Source: Phycisphaeraceae bacterium (GTDB lineage: Bacteria; Planctomycetota; Phycisphaerae; Phycisphaerales; UBA1924). From it: a stretch of DNA of 64,000 bases. This document shows, in pieces, positions 34,982 to 44,229 of the stretch. A program made the translations under genes and the position numbers. The number at the start of each line of letters is the position of its first letter. Position 1 is the stretch's first letter. The notes beneath the pieces were generated by a model. It had not been told where the DNA came from. It searched no databases and saw nothing but the letters and a program-made list of their open reading frames with translations. The stretch lies in NCBI GenBank assembly GCA_021299385.1, contig JAJTGZ010000006.1:9926-73925 (forward strand). The letters run 5' to 3'.

Positions 34982-36280
34982 GTGGCACGCCCCCGGCGTG
35001 TATCGTCTGCAACCGTGCCGACCTACCTGCACATTTCCACGCGTCTGATCCTCGGCGGCTCGCAAGAGAACACGGTCCTGTCGTGCATGGGGCAGGCGAG
35101 GCTCGGGCACGCCGTGCATCTGGCCTTTGGGCCGATCTATGGGCCTGAAGGGTCGCTGCTGGCGCAGGTCCAGGCGTTCAACGCCCACTGCGCCGCGGGG
35201 GATGAACGGACGACCACCGGCTTGCCGTGCGCGCCGATCGGCCTGCACGAGGTCCCCAACCTCTGCCGGCAGGTCAGCCCGCTGCGCGATGCACGGGCGC
35301 TGGGTGAACTAGAAACGCTCATCCGCCGGCTCGACCCCGCCGTCGTCCACACCCACTCTTCCAAGGCGGGCATCCTGGGCCGGTGGGCCGCCTGGCGCAT
35401 CGCCCAGGGCCAGGGCAAGCCCACCATCGTCCACACCATCCACGGCCCACCCTTCATGCCGATCCAAGGGTCGGCCGTGCAGCGCCTCAAGACGCGCGGC
35501 GTCAACTACGCCTACACACTGGCCGAGCGCTTCGCGGCCAGACGCTGCCACGCCATCGCCTCCGTCGCGCAGGCGATGACCGATGAGTTCCTCGCCCGCA
35601 ACATCGGCAGGCCCGGGCAATACGCCACGGTCTATTCAGGGATGGACGTGGAGGCTTATCTCCCACCGGCCGACTACGCGCAGCGTCGCGCCTCGCTCCG
35701 CCAAGCCCTTGGCCTTGGTGCCGGGGACTTCGTCATCGGCACCGTCGCCCGCCTAGCCGAGCACAAGGGGCACGACGACCTGCTGGACGCCTTAGCCACG
35801 CACCTCAAGGCCCACCCGAAGTGGAAACTCCTCTGGGTCGGCGACGGTTGGTGGCGGCCTCGCCTCGAACACCGCCTCGAAGCCCTCGGCCTGCACAACC
35901 AGGTGGTCCTCACCGGCCTGCTCCCCAGCGAGCGCGTCGCCGAGCACCTGTGGACTATGGACGTGCTCGCCCACCCAAGCACACGCGAGGGCCTCCCCCG
36001 CACGGTTACACAGGCCCTGCTCGCGGGCGTCTGCCCCGTCGCCTACGACATCAACGGCACACGCGAGGTCTGCATCCCGAACCAGACCGGTCGCCTCATC
36101 ACCCCAGGCGACACAGCCGGGCTTGGCCGGGCGATACTCGACCTCTACAACGACCCGCAGGCCCGCCAGGCTCTTGCGCACGCGGGGCAAGCACTCTGCC
36201 GGGAGCGATTCGGTGCTGCACAGATGGTCGATGCGCTAGAGGCCTTCTACGCCAAGGCCAAACCCCTCCCCCGGCATTGA
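34982..36280 (+). CDS. glycosyltransferase, GT4 (GT-B fold) family
   Basis: 'VHTHSSKAGILGR', 'HPSTREGLPRTVTQALLAGVCPVAYDINGTREV' (EX7E-like region). The start is uncertain (GTG 34982 or 35015). Confidence 0.75.
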   Translation: MARPRRVSSATVPTYLHISTRLILGGSQENTVLSCMGQARLGHAVHLAFGPIYGPEGSLLAQVQAFNAHCAAGDERTTTGLPCAPIGLHEVPNLCRQVSPLRDARALGELETLIRRLDPAVVHTHSSKAGILGRWAAWRIAQGQGKPTIVHTIHGPPFMPIQGSAVQRLKTRGVNYAYTLAERFAARRCHAIASVAQAMTDEFLARNIGRPGQYATVYSGMDVEAYLPPADYAQRRASLRQALGLGAGDFVIGTVARLAEHKGHDDLLDALATHLKAHPKWKLLWVGDGWWRPRLEHRLEALGLHNQVVLTGLLPSERVAEHLWTMDVLAHPSTREGLPRTVTQALLAGVCPVAYDINGTREVCIPNQTGRLITPGDTAGLGRAILDLYNDPQARQALAHAGQALCRERFGAAQMVDALEAFYAKAKPLPRH

Positions 36281-36287
36281 TCCCCGC

Positions 36288-37373
36288 TCACTTGAGCCGC
36301 CCCCGCACCAACTCCGCCCGGAACTCCCGCCGTTGCTGCTGGTCCATCGGTCGGTCGGCGAGTTTCTGCAAGTGCCCTTGCTGGACCTGCACCAGCAGCT
36401 GCGTAACCGCGTGTGGCTCTAGCCCCGGCGCTTCGCCGCCGAGCACGCCCAAGAGCGTCCCCAGGCGTACCAGCGAGAGGTTGCCCATCGCCTCCTGGGG
36501 CGTCAGCAGCCGCGCGTGCCGCAGCAGCCCCAGCGCCCGGCAGATCGTGTCCTCCAAAAACCGCGCCCGCCGCGACAGCAGCGCCTGCCGAGCCGCACGC
36601 TCATACTCGGCCACCTTCGGGATGATCTCCGAGGCCAACTCCCGCAAGATCACCTGCTCGGCACGCCCGAGCGTCCGCTGGTTGCTCAGTTGGAAGAAGT
36701 CCCCCGTCGCCTCCGAACCCTCACCATAAAAACCTCGCACGGACATGCCCATATCCGCCGCCGCACGCTTGACCTTGTCGATCTCACCTGTCAGCCGGAG
36801 CGCCGGCAGGTGCAGCATCACGCTCATGCGCACCCCGGTGCCCACGTTCGTCGGGCACGCCGTCAGGTAGCCAAACCTCGGGGAGAAGGCCATGTCCAGC
36901 CCACCTTCGAGCTGGTCGTCGATGTCGCTGGCCCCCTGCCACGCCTCGTGCAGTGCCAGGCCCGGGCGCAGCACCTGCACGCGCAGGTGGTCTTCCTCGT
37001 TGACCATGATCGTCATCTGCTCATCGGGCAGCCCCACGGCCAGGCCTCGCGGCAGGTCACCCTTGGCCAGCTCCTTGCTCATCAGGTGCCGCTCGACAAG
37101 CAGCAGCCGGTCCAGCGTGGACAACTCTTGCACGTCTACCCAGAGCAGCCCCTGCGCCAGCGGTGTGCTGGCCAGCCGGGCCCGCACTGCCGCGATCACC
37201 TCCTGCCGCTGCCCGGGCGTCGCCCGCGAGAGGAACGGATACCCGCACAGGTTGCGCGCCAATCGCACACGCGACGAGACGACCACGTCCGCATCGGCAC
37301 CACCCGCAAGCCAGCACGCACCCCGCCGAGCCGAGCAAGCCGACCACGGCATCTGGTCCTCGGGCACGTTCAC
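36288..37373 (-). CDS. mcsB: protein arginine kinase McsB
   Basis: 'SSRVRLARNLCGYPF', 'NEEDHLRVQ' and 'LTACPTNVGTGVRMSVMLHLPAL' are ATP:guanido phosphotransferase motifs. Confidence 0.85.
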   Translation of the reverse strand: MNVPEDQMPWSACSARRGACWLAGGADADVVVSSRVRLARNLCGYPFLSRATPGQRQEVIAAVRARLASTPLAQGLLWVDVQELSTLDRLLLVERHLMSKELAKGDLPRGLAVGLPDEQMTIMVNEEDHLRVQVLRPGLALHEAWQGASDIDDQLEGGLDMAFSPRFGYLTACPTNVGTGVRMSVMLHLPALRLTGEIDKVKRAAADMGMSVRGFYGEGSEATGDFFQLSNQRTLGRAEQVILRELASEIIPKVAEYERAARQALLSRRARFLEDTICRALGLLRHARLLTPQEAMGNLSLVRLGTLLGVLGGEAPGLEPHAVTQLLVQVQQGHLQKLADRPMDQQQRREFRAELVRGRLK

Positions 37374-37948
37374 AGCGCAGGCCCCCCACCCACGCGCCGG
37401 ACCAGCCGGGCGATCTCATCGCGCAGCGACGCCGCACGCTCATACTGCTCATCGCTCAACGCACGCTCAAGCTCCTCACGCAAGCCGCGCACACGCGCGA
37501 CGATCTCCGCCGCACCAGTTCCAACGCCCACCCCCGCCTCCACTACCGGCCCCCCCTCCTGCCCAAGGCCCGCTGACTCCCCCAGCGCCCGCTTGGGCAC
37601 CTTGCCCACATGCTGGCACGCACCCTCCTGTACCCGCTGGATCAAGGGCAACAGGTGCCCTTCCAGCGCGACGTAGCACGCCGCACACCCCAACCGCTCG
37701 GCCTGGCGAAAACCCGCAAACGTCATCCCGCACGCCGGGCAGACGCTGCTCTGCGGAGCCTCACCCCCCCGCGCCACCTGCGGGCCGGCAGGGTGCTCAA
37801 CCGACTTGGCCTGCCCTGGCATCGGGCCGATCTGCAGCACCCCCTTGGCCTGGGCGCACTGCTCGCACAGGTGCCGTTCGCTCCGCTTGCCGTGCTGGAT
37901 CGAGACCTCGTGGACCGTCGCCTCGCGTTCGCAACAGTCGCACTTCAT
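37370..37948 (-). CDS. mcsA: McsA-like protein (zinc-finger plus UVR domain activator of McsB)
   Basis: 'MKCDCCERE...CEQC', 'CPACG...CAACY' and a C-terminal UVR-like 'LERALSDEQYERAASLRDEI' are present. There is a 4-nt overlap with mcsB. Confidence 0.75.
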   Translation of the reverse strand: MKCDCCEREATVHEVSIQHGKRSERHLCEQCAQAKGVLQIGPMPGQAKSVEHPAGPQVARGGEAPQSSVCPACGMTFAGFRQAERLGCAACYVALEGHLLPLIQRVQEGACQHVGKVPKRALGESAGLGQEGGPVVEAGVGVGTGAAEIVARVRGLREELERALSDEQYERAASLRDEIARLVRRVGGGPAL

Positions 37949-38054
37949 GGGCAAGGATAGAACGGGCGCCGGGAGGTTTGATATACTCCTCGCCCCCGGG
38001 CGTGTGGCCCGCTGGCGTGGTTGCCGCGTCCAGATATCTACCAGGAGTTTCAAC

Positions 38055-38210
38055 GTGAAGAACGCACGCAAGATCGTCCGCACCGTGGCCGTGGTTTCCA
38101 TCATCGGCGCAGGGCTGGCCCTGGCCGCCTGCGAGACTACCAAAGGCGTCGGCAAAGACATCCAGTACGGCGCCCAGAAGACCCAGGACGCCCTCGACGG
38201 CAAGAAGTAA
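38055..38210 (+). CDS. entericidin A/B-family small lipoprotein
   Basis: 51 aa, 'VKNARKIVRTVAVVSIIGAGLALAACETTKGVGKDIQYGAQKTQDALDGKK'. The lipobox LAAC is followed by 'TTKGVGKDI', as in EcnA/B. GTG start. Confidence 0.65.
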   Translation: MKNARKIVRTVAVVSIIGAGLALAACETTKGVGKDIQYGAQKTQDALDGKK

Positions 38211-38237
38211 TCCCAACCGCGGATAGTTCTTGTGCCG

Positions 38238-38271
38238 AACCCCTCCCCCGAGGGGAGGGGCAGGGGTGGGG
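38238..38271 (+). repeat. 34-nt hairpin/G-run element (copy 3, forward)
   Basis: Exact 34-mer (see 5487-5520). Confidence 0.9.
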
Positions 38272-38353
38272 CTAACCACTTCGGACGCCCAACATCCGGC
38301 GGTAAACCATTGAATCACATCCCCCTCCAGCGCAGAAGCACCCAGGCCAGCGC

Positions 38354-39811
38354 ATGACCAAAATTTTCATCGTCGCCCGGCGAGAGTTCCGCACCACCGT
38401 CCTGAGCAAGGCCTTCCTGCTCGGGCTGCTCTTGCCCCCGGTGTTGATGGTCTTGGGCATCGGCATCTCGGTCTTCTTCGGCACCGACCGCGCCCCGGCC
38501 GTCAAGGGGAGCGTCGCCATCATCGACCGCAGCGCAGCCAGCACGCCGACCTCCCCCACGGCCCCCACCGCCGAGGGCCTGGTCATCGCTGGCATCCGCA
38601 CGCGGATGACCCCCGAGGCGATCTCCACCGCCGCCGCACGCGCCGCCGGCGAGTCTATCAAAAAAGCAGCCAACGACGCCGCTGAAGCCGCCAGCAAGCC
38701 CCCCGGGGCAGACGGCGGGCAGGCCCAACTCCAAGCCGTCAAAGAGGTCATGGGCGCGGCGTCCAAAGCCCCCGACCTCACCCTCGAAACCCTCCCCCCG
38801 ACCGCCGACGCCGAGGCCGAAAAGGACAAACTCCGCGACTGGACCGTCGATGGTGGCGGCCGGCTCTATCTGGCCATCATCGACCGGGCCGTCATCGACC
38901 CCGCCGCGACCGCAGGCCAAGTGGGTGCCGGCGAAACCTACCAGGTCTTTACCGCACCCAAGCTCGACCCGCGTGTTTCCGCCCTGGTCAATGAGCAGGT
39001 CCGCGCCGCCGTCATCGAGGCACGCCTGATCCAGGCCGGGCTTGACCCCGCACGCGTCGAACAACTGACCAACCTCCCACGCGCACGCACAACCGAAGTA
39101 ACCAAAGACGGCCAGCGCGCCAGCACCGGCGGCTTGCAGTTCCTCATCCCCCTCGCGTTCTTCATGCTCATCTGGATCTCCGCCTTCAGCGGCGCAGGGC
39201 AACTGCTCAACAACACCATCGAAGAAAAATCCAACCGCATCATGGAGGTCCTCCTCTCGGCCGTCTCACCCTTCGAGCTCATGGCCGGCAAAATCATCGG
39301 CCAGCTCGGCGCGGGCCTGGTCATCATCGCCGTCTACGCCGGCGTCGGCCTCGTCGCCCTCGTGGGCCTCACCCTGGGGGACCTGGTCCAGCCGATGCAG
39401 CTCGTATGGCTCTGTGTTTTCTACGTCCTGGCCTACCTCTTCATCGCCTCGGTCTTTGCCGCTATCGGCTCGGCCGTGTCGGATATCCAAGAGGCCAACA
39501 GCCTTATGACCCCCGCGATGCTCCTGATCATGATCCCGATGTTCACCGTCTTTCCCATCATCCAGAACCCCACGGGGATGCTCGCACAGGTCCTCAGTTA
39601 CATCCCACCCTTCTCACCGTTTGCCATGATCGCCCGCGTCGGCAGCAACCAGCCACCCGCCCAGTGGCAGATCGCCCTCTCGGCACTCGTCTCGGCCGCC
39701 GGCGCGCTCGGGGCCATCTGGGTCGCCGCCAAAATCTTCCGCATCGGTGTGCTCCTCTACGGCAAGCCGCCGACCTTCGGCACGCTGCTGCGGTGGGTGC
39801 GGATGGCGTAG
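38354..39811 (+). CDS. ABC-2 type transporter permease (YhaP/NatB-like), with no adjacent ATPase gene
   Basis: 'IFIVARREFRTTVLSKAF' with one N-terminal TM helix, a large extracytoplasmic loop, then 'KSNRIMEVLLSAVSPFELMAGKIIG' plus 5 TM helices. Confidence 0.65.
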   Translation: MTKIFIVARREFRTTVLSKAFLLGLLLPPVLMVLGIGISVFFGTDRAPAVKGSVAIIDRSAASTPTSPTAPTAEGLVIAGIRTRMTPEAISTAAARAAGESIKKAANDAAEAASKPPGADGGQAQLQAVKEVMGAASKAPDLTLETLPPTADAEAEKDKLRDWTVDGGGRLYLAIIDRAVIDPAATAGQVGAGETYQVFTAPKLDPRVSALVNEQVRAAVIEARLIQAGLDPARVEQLTNLPRARTTEVTKDGQRASTGGLQFLIPLAFFMLIWISAFSGAGQLLNNTIEEKSNRIMEVLLSAVSPFELMAGKIIGQLGAGLVIIAVYAGVGLVALVGLTLGDLVQPMQLVWLCVFYVLAYLFIASVFAAIGSAVSDIQEANSLMTPAMLLIMIPMFTVFPIIQNPTGMLAQVLSYIPPFSPFAMIARVGSNQPPAQWQIALSALVSAAGALGAIWVAAKIFRIGVLLYGKPPTFGTLLRWVRMA

Positions 39812-39986
39812 TGGGGCGTGGTGGGGCGTGGTGAAGTGGCGGAGTGGCACCGGGTCAGAGAGACATAGTTACAAAGTTGCAAAGTTGCAAAGTGACAAAG
39901 CAGCAAGATCATCTGTGCCACTTTCCCACTCTTTCACTTTGCCACTTTGCCACTTTGCCACTTCGTCACTCTGCCACTCCGCCACT
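39812..39986. repeat. Imperfect inverted repeat of about 175 bp built from short tandem units (GTGGGGCGTG, CAAAGTTG / GCCACTTT)
   Basis: Left: GTGGGGCGTGGTGGGGCGTGGTGAAGTGGCGGAGTGGC...GTTACAAAGTTGCAAAGTTGCAAAGTGACAAAG. Right: CTTTCACTTTGCCACTTTGCCACTTTGCCACTTCGTCACTCTGCCACTCCGCCACT. It fills the convergent spacer between the permease and feoB. Confidence 0.75.
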
Positions 39987-39989
39987 CCC

Positions 39990-42011
39990 CTACTTCCCCC
40001 CCACCAACCAAAGCACCACCATCGCCCCCCCATACGCCAGCAGGCTCATCCACGCAAACTGCAGCACCGCCCACCGCACGCCACCCGCCTCGCGTGCCGT
40101 CACCACCAGCGTCGGCAAACACTGCATCGCCAGCACATAGAACACCAGCATCGACCAGCACGTACCCCGGCTGAAAACCAGCGTCCTCCCATCCGCCCGC
40201 ACCGCCCCCGCCAGCTCATCGCGCACACGCCCCTGCTCGCCCGCGTCATCCCCACCCTCAGCCCCCGCGATCACCACCGACATCGTCCCCACAAAGACCT
40301 CCCGCGCCGCGAAACTCGCCAGGATCCCGATCGTCAACTGCCAGTCCGCCCCGATCGGCGCAAAGACAGGCTCGGCGGCCCTCCCGATCCGGCCCAAAAA
40401 ACTCTCCGACTTGGCATGCCGGGCGTCGATCCGATCCGCCCTGGCCACCAGCACGCCCGCATCCTCCCCCGCAACAACCGCCGCCTGCGCCCGCAGCGCC
40501 TGGGCCTCCGCCGTCGGCCCGGCATGCGGGAACGCCCCCAGCCACCAGAGCACCACCGAGACCGCCAAAATCGCCGTCCCCGCCTTCTTGATGAACATCA
40601 GCGACCGGTCATACGCCGTGATCAATGCCCCCCGCACGCTCGGCAGTTTATAACTCGGCAGCTCCAACGCCATCGGCCTCGCAGCCCCACGCAGGATCGT
40701 CCGCCGGGCCAACAGCGCACTGAGCACCCCCGCAGCAATCCCCAGCGCATAGCACCCCACAAACAGCAACCCACCCACCAGCGCCGGGTGGCTGACGGCA
40801 CCGGACTTACTCAACCCCGCGACGATCAGCCCGATCAGCAGCACGTACACCGGCAACCGGGCCGAGCACGTCATAAACGGCGCAACTAAAATCGTCGCCA
40901 GCCGCTCCCGACGATCCGGGATCGTCCGCGTCGCCAGCACTCCCGGTATCGCGCACGCGTGGCTGCTCAACAACGGCACGAAACTATGCCCCGGCAACCC
41001 AAACGGCCGCAGCAACCGATCGGCCACAAACGCCGCTCGCGCCAGGTACCCCGTGTCCTCCAGCAAACTAATCAAAAAAAACAGCAGCGCGATCTGTGGC
41101 AAAAACACCACCGTCGCGCCCACCCCGGCCAGCACCCCGTCCGTCAGCAGATCGCGCACAGCCCCCGCAGGGAGCACCTCCCGAAGCCCCCCGTTGGCAA
41201 ACGCAAAGATCCCCTCGATCCAACCCATCGGGAAACTAGCCAGCCAAAAAATCCCCGCAAACATCAACCCCATCACCACCGCGAACGCGAGCAAACCCAG
41301 CACCGGGTGCGTCAGCACCATGTCGGCACGGTCGGTGTTCCGCGCCAGCCGCTCGTCCCCCGCGCCCCCGCTGGCCGCGAACGCATAGACCTCCTCGGCC
41401 CACGCACGCAGCCCCACCTCATCGCCAGGCGGCGTCTGCGTCGGCACAACCCCCGCACGCGCCACCTCCAGCAATCGCCCCTTGAGCTCCTCCACCCCCT
41501 CACCCGTCCGCGCACTGATAAGCACCACCGGGCAACCCAGACGCGCGCTCAACTTTGCCGCGTCCACATGCAGACCCTGCCGGCGGGCAAGGTCGATCAT
41601 GTTCACACCCACAACCGTCGGTAGCCTCCGTCGCAGCCCCTCCCCGGCCAGCATCAGGTTCCGACCAAGGTTCGTCGCGTCCAGCACCACCAACATCCCA
41701 TCGGGCACTGGCACCCCCCGCGCCTCGCCGCCCAGCACATCCCGGCAAACCCGCGCCTCGGGCTGCTCCAGCTCCAACGAATACGCACCGGGCAGATCAA
41801 TCAACTCCAGCCGTGCTTCACCAACCGACGCCCGCCCCGTACGCGCCTCCAGCGTCGTGCCCGCAAAGTTGCTCGTCTTGTGCCGAAGGCCTGTCAGACG
41901 GTTAAAGAGCGTCGTCTTGCCCGTATTCGGGTTCCCGACCAACGCAATACTGGGGACATCACCATCGGCAACCCCGCCAGCCCTCTGCGATTCTGTCCCT
42001 GGCTCAGTCAT
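39990..42011 (-). CDS. feoB: ferrous iron transporter FeoB
   Basis: G-domain 'IALVGNPNTGKTTLFNRLTG' and 'DLPGAYSL', followed by a polytopic membrane domain. Start is ATG 42011. Confidence 0.9.
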   Translation of the reverse strand: MTEPGTESQRAGGVADGDVPSIALVGNPNTGKTTLFNRLTGLRHKTSNFAGTTLEARTGRASVGEARLELIDLPGAYSLELEQPEARVCRDVLGGEARGVPVPDGMLVVLDATNLGRNLMLAGEGLRRRLPTVVGVNMIDLARRQGLHVDAAKLSARLGCPVVLISARTGEGVEELKGRLLEVARAGVVPTQTPPGDEVGLRAWAEEVYAFAASGGAGDERLARNTDRADMVLTHPVLGLLAFAVVMGLMFAGIFWLASFPMGWIEGIFAFANGGLREVLPAGAVRDLLTDGVLAGVGATVVFLPQIALLFFLISLLEDTGYLARAAFVADRLLRPFGLPGHSFVPLLSSHACAIPGVLATRTIPDRRERLATILVAPFMTCSARLPVYVLLIGLIVAGLSKSGAVSHPALVGGLLFVGCYALGIAAGVLSALLARRTILRGAARPMALELPSYKLPSVRGALITAYDRSLMFIKKAGTAILAVSVVLWWLGAFPHAGPTAEAQALRAQAAVVAGEDAGVLVARADRIDARHAKSESFLGRIGRAAEPVFAPIGADWQLTIGILASFAAREVFVGTMSVVIAGAEGGDDAGEQGRVRDELAGAVRADGRTLVFSRGTCWSMLVFYVLAMQCLPTLVVTAREAGGVRWAVLQFAWMSLLAYGGAMVVLWLVGGK

Positions 42012-42025
42012 ATTCGCACCCGGCC

Positions 42026-42385
42026 CTAGCACGCCGGCCCATCCCCCGCCCCACCCCGCGGCTGGACATACACCCCACGCGCCAACCGACGTGCCAGCCC
42101 AATCCGGCTGCCCCCGCACGCGCACGCCGAGGCGCCCGTGTGCAGCACCGCCACGATGCACGGCTCCCCAGCCCGGCACACACGCACCGTCGCCCCGGGC
42201 ACCAACCCCATCGCCCGCAACATGGCCCCATCCTGCTCCCCCACGGCCGTCTCCAGCACCACCCCCGCCCCCCCGGCCAGCACATCACACAACGCCACCC
42301 GCCCAGCACCAACCCCCAGCGCACGCGACAACCCCTCACCCCCCCCATCGCCGACAACTTCACGCCCAGGTCGATCCATCGCCAT
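42026..42385 (-). CDS. feoA: FeoA-domain protein
   Basis: 'LRAMGLVPGATVRVCRAGEPCIVAV....IGLARRLARGVYV' fits the FeoA SH3-like domain. It lies directly upstream of feoB. Confidence 0.65.
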   Translation of the reverse strand: MAMDRPGREVVGDGGGEGLSRALGVGAGRVALCDVLAGGAGVVLETAVGEQDGAMLRAMGLVPGATVRVCRAGEPCIVAVLHTGASACACGGSRIGLARRLARGVYVQPRGGAGDGPAC

Positions 42386-42513
42386 CAGTATAGCACCCCC
42401 GAAGGCAGTTGAGAATCAGTCGCAAATAGGATGGGCCGAGGTTCCAAGACTAAGGGCCGAGGGCAGACTGCCCTCGGCCCTAAAACCCAACCCCTAACCA
42501 CTAACCCCTTCCC

Positions 42514-44229
42514 CTAGCACCCCGCAAAGAAGCGGTTGAGGAAGACGATGATGTCGTCGGCGGTGAACTGCCCATCCGGCGACGTGCTCTGGCCCGGGCC
42601 GGCCACGAACCAGTTCAGGAACACGATGATGTCGTCGGCGGTGAGGGCGTTGTCGCTGCCGAGGGATTGGCCTGGCCCGGCGATGTCGCTGGGGCCGCAG
42701 GCGGCGGTGCCGCCAAACTTAACCGCGATGAAGTCTATGTTCCGCGAGGTCGTCGACGACCGCCCCGCCAGCACCAGCCCGCCGTCGGGCATCAGCACCA
42801 TGCCTGCGTTGACACGGTCGTCCGAGTTGCTCGACAGGGCCGCGTTGTAGATTATCGGCGTGCCGACGACGCCCGTCGCCGAGGCCACCGGCAGCGCGAG
42901 CATGTCGAAATCGGGGCCCAGCCCCGTCCCCTTCGTCCATCCGCTCACGACCAGTTCGCCCGTTGGCCGCAGCAGGATCCCACGAAAGTTGGTCACAAAC
43001 TCCGTCGAATTGGCCGGCCCGTTCCACACCGTCGCCCACGCTGCGGGCCCGCCGGCGCTGGGGAACTTGACGATGAACAGGTCATTGGGTGAGGTGCTAG
43101 AGGCGGCCTGGATCCCCGCGGTGTACACGTTCCCCGAGGCGTCCATCACGACCCCCGCTAAGGGCGACTGCAGGTTGCCGGCATCGTCGTTCCACGTCGC
43201 GGTCCAGAGGTGGGTGCCCGAGGCGTCGAACTTCCCCGCCATCGCGTCCCTGGCGCCCACGATGCCGACCATTGCGCTGACGGCCACCTCCCCGCTGGTC
43301 GGGCTGACGAACAGCCCCGTCACCCCGGCGCTGACGGGCCCGGGCGCGAACGCCTCGGTCGCGATGGCCGTTGACGCATCGTTGATCACCGTCAGCAGCA
43401 CCGAGGCTCCGGAGCCCGTCGGCGGCGTGCTCGCGACGTAGACCCGCCCGCCGGTTCCCCGGCGCACCAGATGGGGCACTGTGGCATCCGAGTCGCCGGA
43501 CGCGTTGACCGTCAGGTCCGACACCGTTGCGCCGTTGGCCGGGTCGACCACCAGCACGCCGTTGCGCTGCCCCGCGGTCCTCTGGGCCAGGTATGCCGCG
43601 TACACCCTGCCCGAGTCGCCGATCGCCAGCGACGCAGGGGACATCGACACGATCCCCGTCGGGAAGTACGTCGTGCTCCACACCACGGTGCCCGAAGGCG
43701 ATATCTTCATTATCCCCAAGCCAAACGCCGGTATGGTGGTCGTGTCGGTCGTGTCGTACCGGTATGTCGTCTGGGCCAGCACGTACAGGCTCCCGTCCGC
43801 CCCGAGCGCAGCATCCACGGCTATGTCAATGCCCGTCTGCGTCTGCGGCGTCAGGTTGTCGTCGCCCTGTGTCGGGAAGTCGTACGTCAGCGACCAGAGC
43901 ACCTCGCCCTGGGGCGAGAGCCTCACCACCGCCACGTCGTCGTGGGACAGGAACCTAGCCGGGATCGGCGGCAGGGGCGGGGGCAGGGGCGTGTTCGCGT
44001 TCGAGACCGACCCCCCGAGGACGTACACCCCCCCCGACCCGTCCGCCAAGGCCGTGTAGGGAATGTCCCTCGGCGGGGACTTCAGGCCCGTACGGGCCCC
44101 GTCCCACGTCCGGACCCACGCCGGGGCCTGGGCCCACGAGGTGGCGGACAAACACAAAACGCCCGCACAGGCGGCGAGCTGGAGGCCGGGGACGGGACGG
44201 ACGCGGTCGTTGCGGGGAATCCGGGTCAT
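42514..44229 (-). CDS. secreted repeat protein with two C-terminal dockerin-like repeats ending in ...FFAGC (GC-type dockerin-anchored protein)
   Basis: Signal peptide 'LQLAACAGVLCLSATSWAQA'. The C-terminus is 'GPGQSLGSDNALTADDIIVFLNWFVAGPGQSTSPDGQFTADDIIVFLNRFFAGC'. Start is ATG 44229. Confidence 0.7.
   Translation of the reverse strand: MTRIPRNDRVRPVPGLQLAACAGVLCLSATSWAQAPAWVRTWDGARTGLKSPPRDIPYTALADGSGGVYVLGGSVSNANTPLPPPLPPIPARFLSHDDVAVVRLSPQGEVLWSLTYDFPTQGDDNLTPQTQTGIDIAVDAALGADGSLYVLAQTTYRYDTTDTTTIPAFGLGIMKISPSGTVVWSTTYFPTGIVSMSPASLAIGDSGRVYAAYLAQRTAGQRNGVLVVDPANGATVSDLTVNASGDSDATVPHLVRRGTGGRVYVASTPPTGSGASVLLTVINDASTAIATEAFAPGPVSAGVTGLFVSPTSGEVAVSAMVGIVGARDAMAGKFDASGTHLWTATWNDDAGNLQSPLAGVVMDASGNVYTAGIQAASSTSPNDLFIVKFPSAGGPAAWATVWNGPANSTEFVTNFRGILLRPTGELVVSGWTKGTGLGPDFDMLALPVASATGVVGTPIIYNAALSSNSDDRVNAGMVLMPDGGLVLAGRSSTTSRNIDFIAVKFGGTAACGPSDIAGPGQSLGSDNALTADDIIVFLNWFVAGPGQSTSPDGQFTADDIIVFLNRFFAGC

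Noticed and set aside
39812-39986. CRISPR array (also considered at 55278-55387, 10805-10840 and 19296-19354)
   Set aside because: The repeat units are only 6-15 nt long and directly abut each other without unique spacers. No cas genes are present in the window.
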